Sequence record: SRR2962707_642 | Strand: one strand, 5' to 3' | Length of the DNA: 44,451 nt | Shown here: positions 19,173 through 28,305 of the stretch, one piece after another | How positions within the stretch are numbered: the first letter of the stretch is position 1 | Layout: each line of letters starts with the position of its first letter | Notes under the pieces: generated by a model | What the model saw: the letters and a program-made list of their open reading frames with translations, nothing else | Told to the model about the DNA's origin: nothing | The model's database searches: none | Translations under genes and position numbers: made by a program

Positions 19173-22100
19173 CTAGTTCTGAATAACCAGCTCACCCTGG
19201 AACATCCTTCCATCCAATAGCTCGACTCGCATAATGTACTGACCTGCATTGAGACCAGTTACATCCATTAATAAGTTGCTATTGAAAGTTGTGATGCGCT
19301 TTCTGATTTTGCCATTTAGATCATAGAACACTACTTGACGAAGATGTGTCGGAATCAATCCGTTGATCTTGATGGATTCAGAAGCCGGATTAGGATAAAC
19401 GACCATGTTTACGTTGATAGCATCAGGTAGCAAAACAATTGTGGGTGAATATTCAAAACTGCCATCCACATCCACCATTTTCAAGCGGTAATAGTGAGGA
19501 TTCGAATTCAATATCGCATCACTGAATTGGTAATCTATTCTACTATGGCTGTTACCAGCTGCAGTAACACTTCCCAGTGCTATGAAATCCACTTCATCCA
19601 AACTTCTTTCTACCTGAAAATAGTCTGAATTCTGCTCGGACACGGTCGACCATTTCAGTTTGATTCGATCGTCAACCAATTGCCCGGTAAAATCCAATAA
19701 CTCTACAGGTAGTGGATTAGCCACTGCGTTGGTAGAATAGATGGAAAAGTCACTGAAAGCCGATGTAGTTGCTGTAATCGTGTACGGATCAGATCCTCCA
19801 CCCACTGGTGAAGAGACTTCCGACCAGGTAGATCCGTCAAACCTGGCCATTCCTAATGTTGCAGGTTCCGATGCATTGTCACTTCCATTTATTTGAATAG
19901 TTACATCGGTATTTCCTGGTGTACCCGAAACCACATCAATCTCCCAGTACATGCCACTCAAAACACTCTGAATTGGATCTCCTCCAAATTCAGTGCTTAG
20001 GTCGGTAATCAAATCCGCCATACTTCCATTGGCACCTCCGCCTGTTGGTGATTCCCTCCAGACATGTGCCACTGAAAAAGTGGTCGCATTGGTAGGGTCC
20101 AAAACAACTGGTCGATGGGTTCCAAAATCTCCCATAGGAAAAGTATACGTGCCAGCTGCTCCAATAGCTACTTCCAACTTACCTTCAATGTGGTTGGTAT
20201 TACTACCCGTCCCGGAAACAGCACTCGAAAGCGTAAGAACAGGATCATCCGAACGGTCTCCATCGTCCAAATCCAAATCCAGAATACCGTCTGTTAGAGT
20301 AAGCGTATTATTAATCGTCAGGCTGGCCAATAAATCTAACCGACCACCATTCAAGGTGACATCATCAATGGTGGTTCCTGTTTCCGGATCCAAAGACATA
20401 TCCTTGGTGACCGTCAATGTTTCTGCGTAATTATCATTGGCTATTGAGACTGTACCATCAGTGTCAACCAAGTCATGCCCTTCTTGAATAATGCCGGTGC
20501 TTTGTGAACCTCCGGAACCAACAAATAGTCCTGAAAGATCCGGCTGAAAACCGACATTACCATCGGTATCAGTCCCATCTGCCAGCCATGGAGTGAAATC
20601 AATGTCTGAGCCTGTTACCTGACTTACGATGGTAGCCTGAGTGGTGGTTCCTAGCCAGTTTCGAGACATATCGATTGTACCTGTAGTTTGTGTCTCCGCT
20701 AAGTTCCCATTGGAATTCTGATCTATGCTATTATCCTGTGCAGTAATCGCACCCGCTTGTTGTGCAAAAAGCGCCGAGACTGTTCCTGCAGCCGGATTGG
20801 TAAACGTGCTATTGGACACGTCAATGGTACCGGATGCAAAAACTGAAACACTAGAACCTGTGGTTGCAGGATTAAAGCCATTCCCTGTAAATGTGGTTGT
20901 TGTAATGGTAGTCACAGCATCAGCCCCTCGAGTGTAGACACCCCTGTTCAGGTTATCATGAATATTGGAATTGGTAATACTTGCTGTAATGGCAATGGCA
21001 TCACTTGTTCCGGTTGAAGGCTCTCCCGAATTAAAATCTGCTATATAAATGGCCGAATAATCATTGGCTGTGTTGCTCACATCAGAGATATCTACGTTAT
21101 CAATGGTTACATTCATATCGTCCGGATCCGTTGCACTTCCACTAACCAATGCAGAAAACGCACCAATGTAGATACCGGCTTGGGCATCCGGTGCTGCAAG
21201 TCCAGCACCTGGTCCTGCGAAACCCGACATGGTTACATTCTGAATGGTCAGTGTACTGGGACTATAATTCCCTGTGCCATCTGCATTATCAGCTTCAATT
21301 CCTTTGGTACATCCGGTGATGTTCCCACCATCAATTACAAGACTGGGTGTTGAGGTAAGGGCAAACCCAAGAAAACCATAGGAAGCTGTGGCAATGTCAT
21401 TGTTGTTAATGTTTGTTGTAGTGGTCCCCGAAATACTATTCGCATAAATACCAATGCTTGGATTTAAGGCGACCAAGGGATCTTCCAGGTTGAGCATCTC
21501 AATGGAATTGTCGGAAACTGTGGTCGTCCCTGATGATATGCCGATTAAAGCTATTCCGGCGCTATTGGCAAAGATGACATTGTTAGCAGCCGTTAATCCG
21601 GTGAATGCGGTATTGGATATAGCGGTACTATTATTTGAGGTAGTATTGTCTGTTCCAAACTGAAATCCATCAATCGTAACATCATTTGCACCTATCGTAA
21701 AGCCCGCATTGGCACTTGAGGGCTCGATTATGGACTCAGCAACCCGAGATCCATTACCTGCAGTTCCCTGGTTGGCTCCATTCAAGGTTACTGACTTTCC
21801 AATGGTTAAGTTTTCAGCATATGTCCCGGCATTTACGGTGATCGTTCCTCCTGCATCTACCAGACTGATTCCTTCTTCTATTCTTCCGGAAGAAGTCTGT
21901 GATCCGGATACACCCACAATCAGATCACTGAAATCCCCCTGGAATCCGGGAGTTCCGCCATCAGTATCCGTACTAGATGAAAGCCATGGCGTGAAGTCAT
22001 TACCACTTCCAGCGAGTGACAAAATGGTTGGCTCATCTGTGGTTCCAAAATAATTCCCGGACAAATCGATTCCTGATGTTTCCGCTATGAAACCATTACC

Positions 22101-24518
22101 ATTCTGGCTAATGCTACAGTCACTTACCACAAGCGTTCCACCTGTTGAATTATGTAATCCTGATGTGTAATAATTATTACCAATATCTTCCGCTCCACTT
22201 AAAGCCGCCGGATTTGTAATAACAGAATTCGTCACTGTAGTTGTTGACCCATCTCGTGCAATAACACTAAAGCCGGGATTGCCACCCGTAGCAATAGGAT
22301 CGAATCCATTTCCTGTGATGGAAGATTGGGTGATGACGGTGACAGCATCCCCTCCTCTGGTATAAATTCCTCGATTGGAATTATCATGAATGTTACAATT
22401 GGTGATATTCGCATCTATGCCTGCCCCATCGGATGCAGTTGGAAAATCCCCAATTATTAACCCTGCGTAGTTGGAAGCACCATTCCCAACGCCAGATATA
22501 TCAAGGTTATTCATCACAATAGTTAGGTCGTCTGCTGCAGTTCCTCCAGCAGCCACAACATAAATACCAGTCTCAGTATCTGGTGTAAGAACACTAGGGT
22601 CAGTTACAAATCCTGACATAGTTAGATTTTGGATAGTCAGAGTAGAGGGGCTAAATCCCCCACCTCCGTCTGTATTTATAGGAAGCACACCAATCGTACA
22701 GCCAGTATAGATGCCTCCATCAATAACCGCCTCTGTACTGGAGGTTAGAGCATAGGTGGTAATACCTGTCCCTGCATTGGAGATATCATTATCTGTAATA
22801 TCAGCATCGGCATCACCGGAAATAGATGCAAGATAAATCCCTGAACTCCCGGCTGTTGCGTTGAGGGCATCCTCTACTGCTAGCATACTTATCAAGTTAT
22901 CGGAAATAAGAACAGTCCCTGTCGATGCTCCACTTGCAGAAATCCCGAGCGTGTTTGCATAAACGATATTGTTGCTGACTGTTAACCCTGTTCCAGTTGC
23001 CACAATGGCGTTGGTGATATTGGACGTTGAAGCGTTGGTTCCAAACTGGAATCCATCAATGGTCACATCATCAGAGGTGATTACAAGTGCATTGGTGTTG
23101 CTGGAAGGATCAATAATGGATTCTGTTGCTCTAGCGCCATTCCCTGCAGTGCCTTGGTTAGCACCATTTAATGTTAATGATTTACCAATAGAAAGACTTT
23201 CGGAATAGGTACCATTTACCACTGTAACGGTACTACCGGAAAGGGCCAGGTCTATTCCTGATTGGATGAGCTGCTTTGGATCTCCTACAGTACCTAATCC
23301 ATCATCATCTGGAGCTGATGCGTCAACAAAGACCGCTGTTCTGCCATTTTCAGTTCCAAGAGTTGAAACAACACGCCTGAAATCATCGGCATCTACATCG
23401 GTATCCACGGCATTTGAAAGCCTGGCAATAGATTCGTCATCCACAGTTGCTCCTGTGCTTGTTACCGATCCATCACTTGGATCATCACCTTCAAAATTGT
23501 CTCCTATTTCTACATCATCTACTTGTGTACCATTGGGATGCGATAATTCAATATATACATCTGTATTTAGGTCGTTACTTCCATCAGGATCACCAAGTAT
23601 CAAATAATCCCCTACCTGTGTACTTGTAAAACTTCCCGAACCAACATAATTGACCACATCAAATGCCCCTGTTGATGTGAGATCTCCGAAAAAGTTACCA
23701 TCACTATCCGTGATGCTTAATTCCCACTTGGTGAGATTAAGACCTGCAGTTCCTATGTATAACTCAATCCATTCGTCAACCTCCGAAATAGTACCTCCAC
23801 CATCAGAACCATCAAAACCGTTTGTGCTCCAATCAGTTCTTGGGGTTGTAACAACCTCGTTTATTAAGACGATTCCGGAAGGAGAATTGTTAGTTCCCAG
23901 TGTTGCTCTTGACAACACAAAATCATCTGCGTCAACGTCAGTATCACCCCCGTTAGGAATGCGGCAGACAGATTCATCGGTAATATCATTCGAGTTGCCA
24001 GTAAACATCGTTCCACTCGAACCATCTATGACGACCTGATCTACTATAACATTCAAATTATCTCGAAGGGTGATAGTAATTGTATTACTCATTTGCGAAC
24101 TACCGTCAACGTCTCCAAGAATCAGGTAATCGCCAGCCATGGTATTGGAGAAACTGCCTGTTCCAATATAATTGGATACATCAAAGGCACCAGAATTGGT
24201 TAAATCTCCAGAAGTTGGTGAAGCGTCTGTGAGTTCAATCGTCCAACCAGTCAAATCTACAGTACCTGTAATGTAAAGTTCAATCCATTCGTCTGTTCCA
24301 TCATTAACAGAACCAGCTCCAATGGTACCGTCAAAACCATTGGTACTCCAATCCTGCTGAGCTTCGGTAATGACTTCATTGATGACCACCTGACCAAAAG
24401 TTGGATGGATACATCCAATCAATAGGATCATCAGGAATGCTTTGAAGAAAAAGTGATTGTAAATAAAATGACATACAGCGGTTGCTGTACATGAATTGCT
24501 GGGTGAGTTTGAGTTCAT
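19173..24518 (-). CDS. Large T9SS-secreted protein: 2x lamin-tail-like domains, 2x parallel beta-helix modules, type A CTD
   Basis: Signal peptide ending TFG|QVVINEV; repeated INEV...DEWIELY; repeated GTYxExLxIGKSxTLNGANQG; NPLPVELLDFTG and VYPNP near the C-terminus. The true start may be downstream of 24518. Confidence 0.85.
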   Translation of the reverse strand: MNSNSPSNSCTATAVCHFIYNHFFFKAFLMILLIGCIHPTFGQVVINEVITEAQQDWSTNGFDGTIGAGSVNDGTDEWIELYITGTVDLTGWTIELTDASPTSGDLTNSGAFDVSNYIGTGSFSNTMAGDYLILGDVDGSSQMSNTITITLRDNLNVIVDQVVIDGSSGTMFTGNSNDITDESVCRIPNGGDTDVDADDFVLSRATLGTNNSPSGIVLINEVVTTPRTDWSTNGFDGSDGGGTISEVDEWIELYIGTAGLNLTKWELSITDSDGNFFGDLTSTGAFDVVNYVGSGSFTSTQVGDYLILGDPDGSNDLNTDVYIELSHPNGTQVDDVEIGDNFEGDDPSDGSVTSTGATVDDESIARLSNAVDTDVDADDFRRVVSTLGTENGRTAVFVDASAPDDDGLGTVGDPKQLIQSGIDLALSGSTVTVVNGTYSESLSIGKSLTLNGANQGTAGNGARATESIIDPSSNTNALVITSDDVTIDGFQFGTNASTSNITNAIVATGTGLTVSNNIVYANTLGISASGASTGTVLISDNLISMLAVEDALNATAGSSGIYLASISGDADADITDNDISNAGTGITTYALTSSTEAVIDGGIYTGCTIGVLPINTDGGGGFSPSTLTIQNLTMSGFVTDPSVLTPDTETGIYVVAAGGTAADDLTIVMNNLDISGVGNGASNYAGLIIGDFPTASDGAGIDANITNCNIHDNSNRGIYTRGGDAVTVITQSSITGNGFDPIATGGNPGFSVIARDGSTTTVTNSVITNPAALSGAEDIGNNYYTSGLHNSTGGTLVVSDCSISQNGNGFIAETSGIDLSGNYFGTTDEPTILSLAGSGNDFTPWLSSSTDTDGGTPGFQGDFSDLIVGVSGSQTSSGRIEEGISLVDAGGTITVNAGTYAENLTIGKSVTLNGANQGTAGNGSRVAESIIEPSSANAGFTIGANDVTIDGFQFGTDNTTSNNSTAISNTAFTGLTAANNVIFANSAGIALIGISSGTTTVSDNSIEMLNLEDPLVALNPSIGIYANSISGTTTTNINNNDIATASYGFLGFALTSTPSLVIDGGNITGCTKGIEADNADGTGNYSPSTLTIQNVTMSGFAGPGAGLAAPDAQAGIYIGAFSALVSGSATDPDDMNVTIDNVDISDVSNTANDYSAIYIADFNSGEPSTGTSDAIAITASITNSNIHDNLNRGVYTRGADAVTTITTTTFTGNGFNPATTGSSVSVFASGTIDVSNSTFTNPAAGTVSALFAQQAGAITAQDNSIDQNSNGNLAETQTTGTIDMSRNWLGTTTQATIVSQVTGSDIDFTPWLADGTDTDGNVGFQPDLSGLFVGSGGSQSTGIIQEGHDLVDTDGTVSIANDNYAETLTVTKDMSLDPETGTTIDDVTLNGGRLDLLASLTINNTLTLTDGILDLDLDDGDRSDDPVLTLSSAVSGTGSNTNHIEGKLEVAIGAAGTYTFPMGDFGTHRPVVLDPTNATTFSVAHVWRESPTGGGANGSMADLITDLSTEFGGDPIQSVLSGMYWEIDVVSGTPGNTDVTIQINGSDNASEPATLGMARFDGSTWSEVSSPVGGGSDPYTITATTSAFSDFSIYSTNAVANPLPVELLDFTGQLVDDRIKLKWSTVSEQNSDYFQVERSLDEVDFIALGSVTAAGNSHSRIDYQFSDAILNSNPHYYRLKMVDVDGSFEYSPTIVLLPDAINVNMVVYPNPASESIKINGLIPTHLRQVVFYDLNGKIRKRITTFNSNLLMDVTGLNAGQYIMRVELLDGRMFQGELVIQN

Positions 24519-24648
24519 GATAGCTGAGGTGATTTATACTCTTGTAAAATACGAATAATTCAAGAGAAATTTGAACAATTCATATTACGAAATCAAGAAG
24601 ATCACCTCGCCTGTTGACCTATTGTATACCGAAATGGGATAAAAATAC

Positions 24649-26130
24649 CTACTTAATCATGTCTTTGTAGGTTCCGCTTGACCAGACCTGGCACTTTATT
24701 TCGTTTCTCAACACCCGTGGTTTGAGCAACGATTTACCCATTAACACGCGCCCACATTCCTGAATTCCTTCAATGATGGAAGGATGTGGATGAATGAGTT
24801 CTGCAAGCTCTTTGATGCTTTTGTCCTGAGATATTAGCAAGGCCACAGCTTGTATGGCACTGGAAGCGTGCTCACCTACTACACGCATGCCAAGAATGTT
24901 CATATCCTCATCGTTAGTAACCAGAACCTTGATGAAGCCCTGGGTATTTCTCATTGCTGTTGCCCGTGGTATGGTTTCATAACTCAATGACACCACCTTA
25001 TAATCTAGCTCCGCTGCTTTGGCTTGAATTTCGTTCATTCCTACACCAGCCACTTCCGGATCAAGGAACATGATGGTAGAAATATTTTTATAAATCAATG
25101 GCTGCTCAGGTTTACCGAAAATACGCTCCATGGCATATCTTCCTTCCAACTCGCCCACATTTACCAGCGAAATATCAGCCGTTATATCACCAACAGCGTA
25201 AATAGTAGGCACACTTGTGAGGGTCATGTCATCTTTAATGCCTCTCGCATCCACTTCAACTCCAAGGCTATCATCAAATAAGTTGTCGTATTGTGGTACC
25301 CGTCCTACCGAGACCAACCCTTTCTCTACACGGAAGCTCTCTTTCGCGCCATCGTTAAACTCCAACTCATACACTACTTCATTATCTTCAATCTTCATGC
25401 TTTTGAGCTGTGAATTTCGGTGGATCAGTACCCCTTTGGCTTCAAGGTTTTTTTCAATGACTGCAACCACATCTTCATCTTCGAATGGCAAGATCCGATC
25501 TCCCTTGTCAATCAAATGCACTTTGGTTTGACCAAAATTGGAAAAGATGGTTGCAAACTCGCACCCAATGACCCCAGCCCCTACTATTACAATAGACTTG
25601 GGAAATTTGGTAAGATTGCTAAGCCCATCACTGGTAAATACTATTTCTTCATCGATTGGTAAGTGATCCAGTTTCCTGGGAACACTTCCTGTAGCAAGGA
25701 CAATGTAATCAGCGCTGATGTTTTGAGAAGATCCATTATTGGTAATCTGTACCTCATTTGGACTGACCACCTTGGCTGTTCCTTTGATGTATTGGAAAAG
25801 ATCTTCTCCGTGACCAAGGTTTATATTGTCCATGTGGTGAGACAGCAAGCCAACACGTTGCTCCACCGCTTTGGCCACTTCGTGTTTTACTTTCTCAAAA
25901 CTGAAATTGGTCGCATCAAGGTTCAACGTCTTACCGTGTACATTGATCATTCTGGCTTCCCTGGAAATTTCCCACCAGGTTTTACTCCAAAGTGCTCCCT
26001 GATGAATTCCTGCTCCACCAAGAAGGTTTTTTTCAATGAGTGCAACACGTTTTCCGAAATCTATTGCGCGCATGGCGGCTGCATAGCCCGCAGGCCCTGC
26101 ACCGATCACGCAAACGTCAAATTTGTCCAT
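24649..26130 (-). CDS. Pyridine nucleotide-disulfide oxidoreductase class I fold (LpdA/SthA-like) lacking the redox cysteines
   Basis: GAGPAG, ATGS, GAGVIGCE, YAVGD and HPHPSIIE; the usual CxxxxC segment reads GGAGIHQGALWSK. Confidence 0.85.
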   Translation of the reverse strand: MDKFDVCVIGAGPAGYAAAMRAIDFGKRVALIEKNLLGGAGIHQGALWSKTWWEISREARMINVHGKTLNLDATNFSFEKVKHEVAKAVEQRVGLLSHHMDNINLGHGEDLFQYIKGTAKVVSPNEVQITNNGSSQNISADYIVLATGSVPRKLDHLPIDEEIVFTSDGLSNLTKFPKSIVIVGAGVIGCEFATIFSNFGQTKVHLIDKGDRILPFEDEDVVAVIEKNLEAKGVLIHRNSQLKSMKIEDNEVVYELEFNDGAKESFRVEKGLVSVGRVPQYDNLFDDSLGVEVDARGIKDDMTLTSVPTIYAVGDITADISLVNVGELEGRYAMERIFGKPEQPLIYKNISTIMFLDPEVAGVGMNEIQAKAAELDYKVVSLSYETIPRATAMRNTQGFIKVLVTNDEDMNILGMRVVGEHASSAIQAVALLISQDKSIKELAELIHPHPSIIEGIQECGRVLMGKSLLKPRVLRNEIKCQVWSSGTYKDMIK

Positions 26131-26204
26131 GTGACTAGGCGATTGATTGCTATAAAGATAAGAGATTGTCCTATATATGCCCTACCGGTGATGTAAGTTT
26201 CGGG

Positions 26205-26246
26205 GCAAAACAAAAAGGGCCGAAATTCATAAATGAATCTCAGCCC
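26205..26246 (-). terminator. Intrinsic terminator ending the candidate ncRNA
   Basis: GGGCUGAGAUUCA-UUUA-UGAAUUUCGGCCC followed by UUUUUGUUUU. Confidence 0.85.
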
Positions 26247-26445
26247 TCTTTAGTACTGCAACTGCCGTAGCAACTGCAACACTCCAAATTATCGTTCGGT
26301 TACCTAGCGATGCCTCTTGAGGTTGCCCTCCGAGCCTCATCTCATCAAACTTTCAAACTTCGTCGGCCTAAGCCAAACTAAATACCGACTTCCCTTTTCA
26401 AGCTTGGAGATCTTGCGATCTCGGCTTCCTATCTTTCGTTTGGTT
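26205..26445 (-). ncRNA. Candidate structured non-coding RNA (~240 nt), family not recognised
   Basis: Hairpins GAGAUC-GCAA-GAUCUC, GUCGGU...GCCGAC, GAGG-GCAA-CCUC and a 14-bp stem capped by cUACGg; own promoter and terminator; G-U pairs work only on the minus strand. Confidence 0.75.
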
Positions 26446-26448
26446 CAA

Positions 26449-26479
26449 CTAAAGTAGACTATAATTTTACAACTCCAAA
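26449..26479 (-). promoter_or_regulatory. Bacteroidetes primary-sigma promoter for the candidate ncRNA
   Basis: -33 TTTG (26476-26479), 19-nt spacer, -7 TACTTTAG (26449-26456; one mismatch to TAnnTTTG). Confidence 0.65.
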
Positions 26480-26495
26480 TTTTCTAACCATCTAG

Positions 26496-26562
26496 TTTTC
26501 AACAAGTTATACACCCAATAATACCCTGGTTATCCACAGGGTTATGCACATGTTTATCCACA
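26496..26562 (+). promoter_or_regulatory. Cluster of co-oriented DnaA boxes
   Basis: TTTTCAACA 26496, TTATACACC 26507, TTATCCACA 26530, TTATGCACA 26542, TTATCCACA 26554 (consensus TTWTNCACA). Confidence 0.8.
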
Positions 26563-26564
26563 TT

Positions 26565-27293
26565 CTAGGCTGTTGCTGCCTTAAGCTTCAATTTGAGTAG
26601 TGTTTTAATCTCAGGAATGGACTTGTAAAGCTGCTCATAGCTCTCCGTGATGAAATATTGCGTCTGGAATTGATCCTTTCTGTAAGGAGTTTCAAGCATA
26701 TGTGCTACACTAAATTCGTGCTTAGGAGGTTCTTCGCTTAAAGAAAACGCCGTTTCACCTGCACTGGAAAGAATTCCCGCCCCGTAGATCCTTAATCCTT
26801 CCGCTTCTTGAATCAACCCAAATTCGATGGTAAACCAGTATACTCTTGATAATAGCTCGATGGCGTATGGATTATCTACGTACTCCAAACCAATTTTACT
26901 TAATGCCTCAAGGAAGTCCACAAAATTCTGATTGGTCAAAAGAGGTACGTGAGCGAATACATCGTGAAACATGTCCGGCTCTTCCAGGTAGTCGAGCTCC
27001 TTCATCTTTCTGAGCCAGGTCGTCGCAGGAAACCGTTTGTTGGCCATTAGCTCGAAAAAGGTATAATCCGGAACAATCCCCGGTACAACTGCCAGCTGCC
27101 AACCTGTGGTTTCTTTTAGAATCTGATTCGTCTCTTTGAAATCCGGAATAATGCCAGTTTCAAAATTGGCGATCTTCAATCCCTCCATATAGGTTTTGGA
27201 AGCATGTGTTGGAAACTGCTTGATCTGACGGTCAAAAAGAATCTTCCAAACCTTAAAGTCTTCTTCCGTGTAATTATCGTAAATCTGCTTCAT
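26565..27293 (-). CDS. phhA: Phenylalanine 4-monooxygenase (pterin-dependent aromatic amino acid hydroxylase)
   Basis: DYLEEPDMFHDVFAHVPLL, YWFTIEFGL, IYGAGILSS and QTQYF. Confidence 0.93.
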   Translation of the reverse strand: MKQIYDNYTEEDFKVWKILFDRQIKQFPTHASKTYMEGLKIANFETGIIPDFKETNQILKETTGWQLAVVPGIVPDYTFFELMANKRFPATTWLRKMKELDYLEEPDMFHDVFAHVPLLTNQNFVDFLEALSKIGLEYVDNPYAIELLSRVYWFTIEFGLIQEAEGLRIYGAGILSSAGETAFSLSEEPPKHEFSVAHMLETPYRKDQFQTQYFITESYEQLYKSIPEIKTLLKLKLKAATA

Positions 27294-27296
27294 TTC

Positions 27297-28304
27297 TTAG
27301 TCCTCAGTTACAGCTCTTAGCTGTCTTAGTTTCTCAATTAATTTTTTACTGTCGGGAAAGTCCAATGTTTGCTGACCGTCCGAAAAGGCTTCTTCCGGTC
27401 GGCAATGTGTTTCGAAGATGACCCCATCAGCACCAGCTACTGTTGAAGCCATAGCCACTGCACTTACATGATCCCTGATCCCGATTCCATGCGAAGGATC
27501 AGCAATGACAGGGAGGTGTGTTTTTTCTTTCAAAATGGGAATAGCGTTAATATCAAATGTATTCCTGGAAGCCTTTTCATAGGTTCGGATGCCTCGCTCG
27601 CATAAGAGCAATCGTTCGTTTCCACCTGCAAAAACATATTCTGCACTGTATAGCAATTCATCAATGGTGCCTGAGATACCTCGTTTGATCATAACCGGCT
27701 TATCCACCTTGCCTAGCTCATCCAGTAGATTGAAGTTTTGCGTATTCCTTGCTCCCACCTGGTAGATATCTACATAATCGTACATCTCCTCAATCTGAGA
27801 AACCTGCATGACTTCCGTAACGATCTTGATCCCGTTTTCTCTTGCCAGCTTATACCACAGCTTTAATCCGTCAATACCAAGTCCCCTAAACGAATATGGC
27901 GAACTCCTGGGCTTGTAGACACCACCACGCATGATCTTTATATCATTGGCTTTAAGGAAATCAATGGTTTCGATGATGTTTTCCTCTCCTTCTATGCTGC
28001 ATGGTCCCGCCATCAACGCGAAATGCCCTCCACCGATTCTTACTTCATCTCCTAGATCGATTACGGTTTGGTTTACTTTCCATTTGGATGAGACCAATTT
28101 GTAATCATCGGATACCAGATGTATATCCTTGATGCCCTCCAGATGTCCGATTTTTCTGATATCGAATTGCTTCTTGCCAGTTCCAATCAGGTAATTACCG
28201 TATTGGGTTTTTACCCTTGTCGTCTTGTACTTGAGTGATTTGAGTTCGTCCTCTACCTTTTCAAGCAGAGCACCATTTACTCCATTTTCTAATTGAATAA
28301 TCAT
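27297..28304 (-). CDS. aroF: DAHP synthase type I-beta with N-terminal regulatory domain
   Basis: MAGPCSIE, GGVYKPRSSPYSFRGLG, QVGARN, CERGIRTYE, DPSHG and SDGQQ. Confidence 0.9.
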   Translation of the reverse strand: MIIQLENGVNGALLEKVEDELKSLKYKTTRVKTQYGNYLIGTGKKQFDIRKIGHLEGIKDIHLVSDDYKLVSSKWKVNQTVIDLGDEVRIGGGHFALMAGPCSIEGEENIIETIDFLKANDIKIMRGGVYKPRSSPYSFRGLGIDGLKLWYKLARENGIKIVTEVMQVSQIEEMYDYVDIYQVGARNTQNFNLLDELGKVDKPVMIKRGISGTIDELLYSAEYVFAGGNERLLLCERGIRTYEKASRNTFDINAIPILKEKTHLPVIADPSHGIGIRDHVSAVAMASTVAGADGVIFETHCRPEEAFSDGQQTLDFPDSKKLIEKLRQLRAVTED

Positions 28305-28305
28305 G

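Noticed and set aside
24526-24608. 8-bp inverted repeat GAGGTGAT...ATCACCTC upstream of the T9SS gene
   Set aside because: Short, widely spaced and compatible with chance.
26227-26340. 37-codon minus-strand ORF MRLGGQPQEASLGNRTIIWSVAVATAVAVLKRAEIHL inside the candidate ncRNA
   Set aside because: The start codon is buried in a stem, the stop falls inside the terminator hairpin, and the VAVATAVAV symmetry simply mirrors the hairpin. It is not strictly excluded; ribosome profiling would decide.
26205-26445. Identification of the RNA as tRNA, tmRNA, SRP RNA, RNase P RNA, 6S or a known riboswitch
   Set aside because: I found no cloverleaf or T-loop, no tag ORF with tRNA-like ends, no SRP domain IV motif, no RNase P P4 motif, no single long 6S rod, and no TPP, SAM, FMN or cobalamin consensus.
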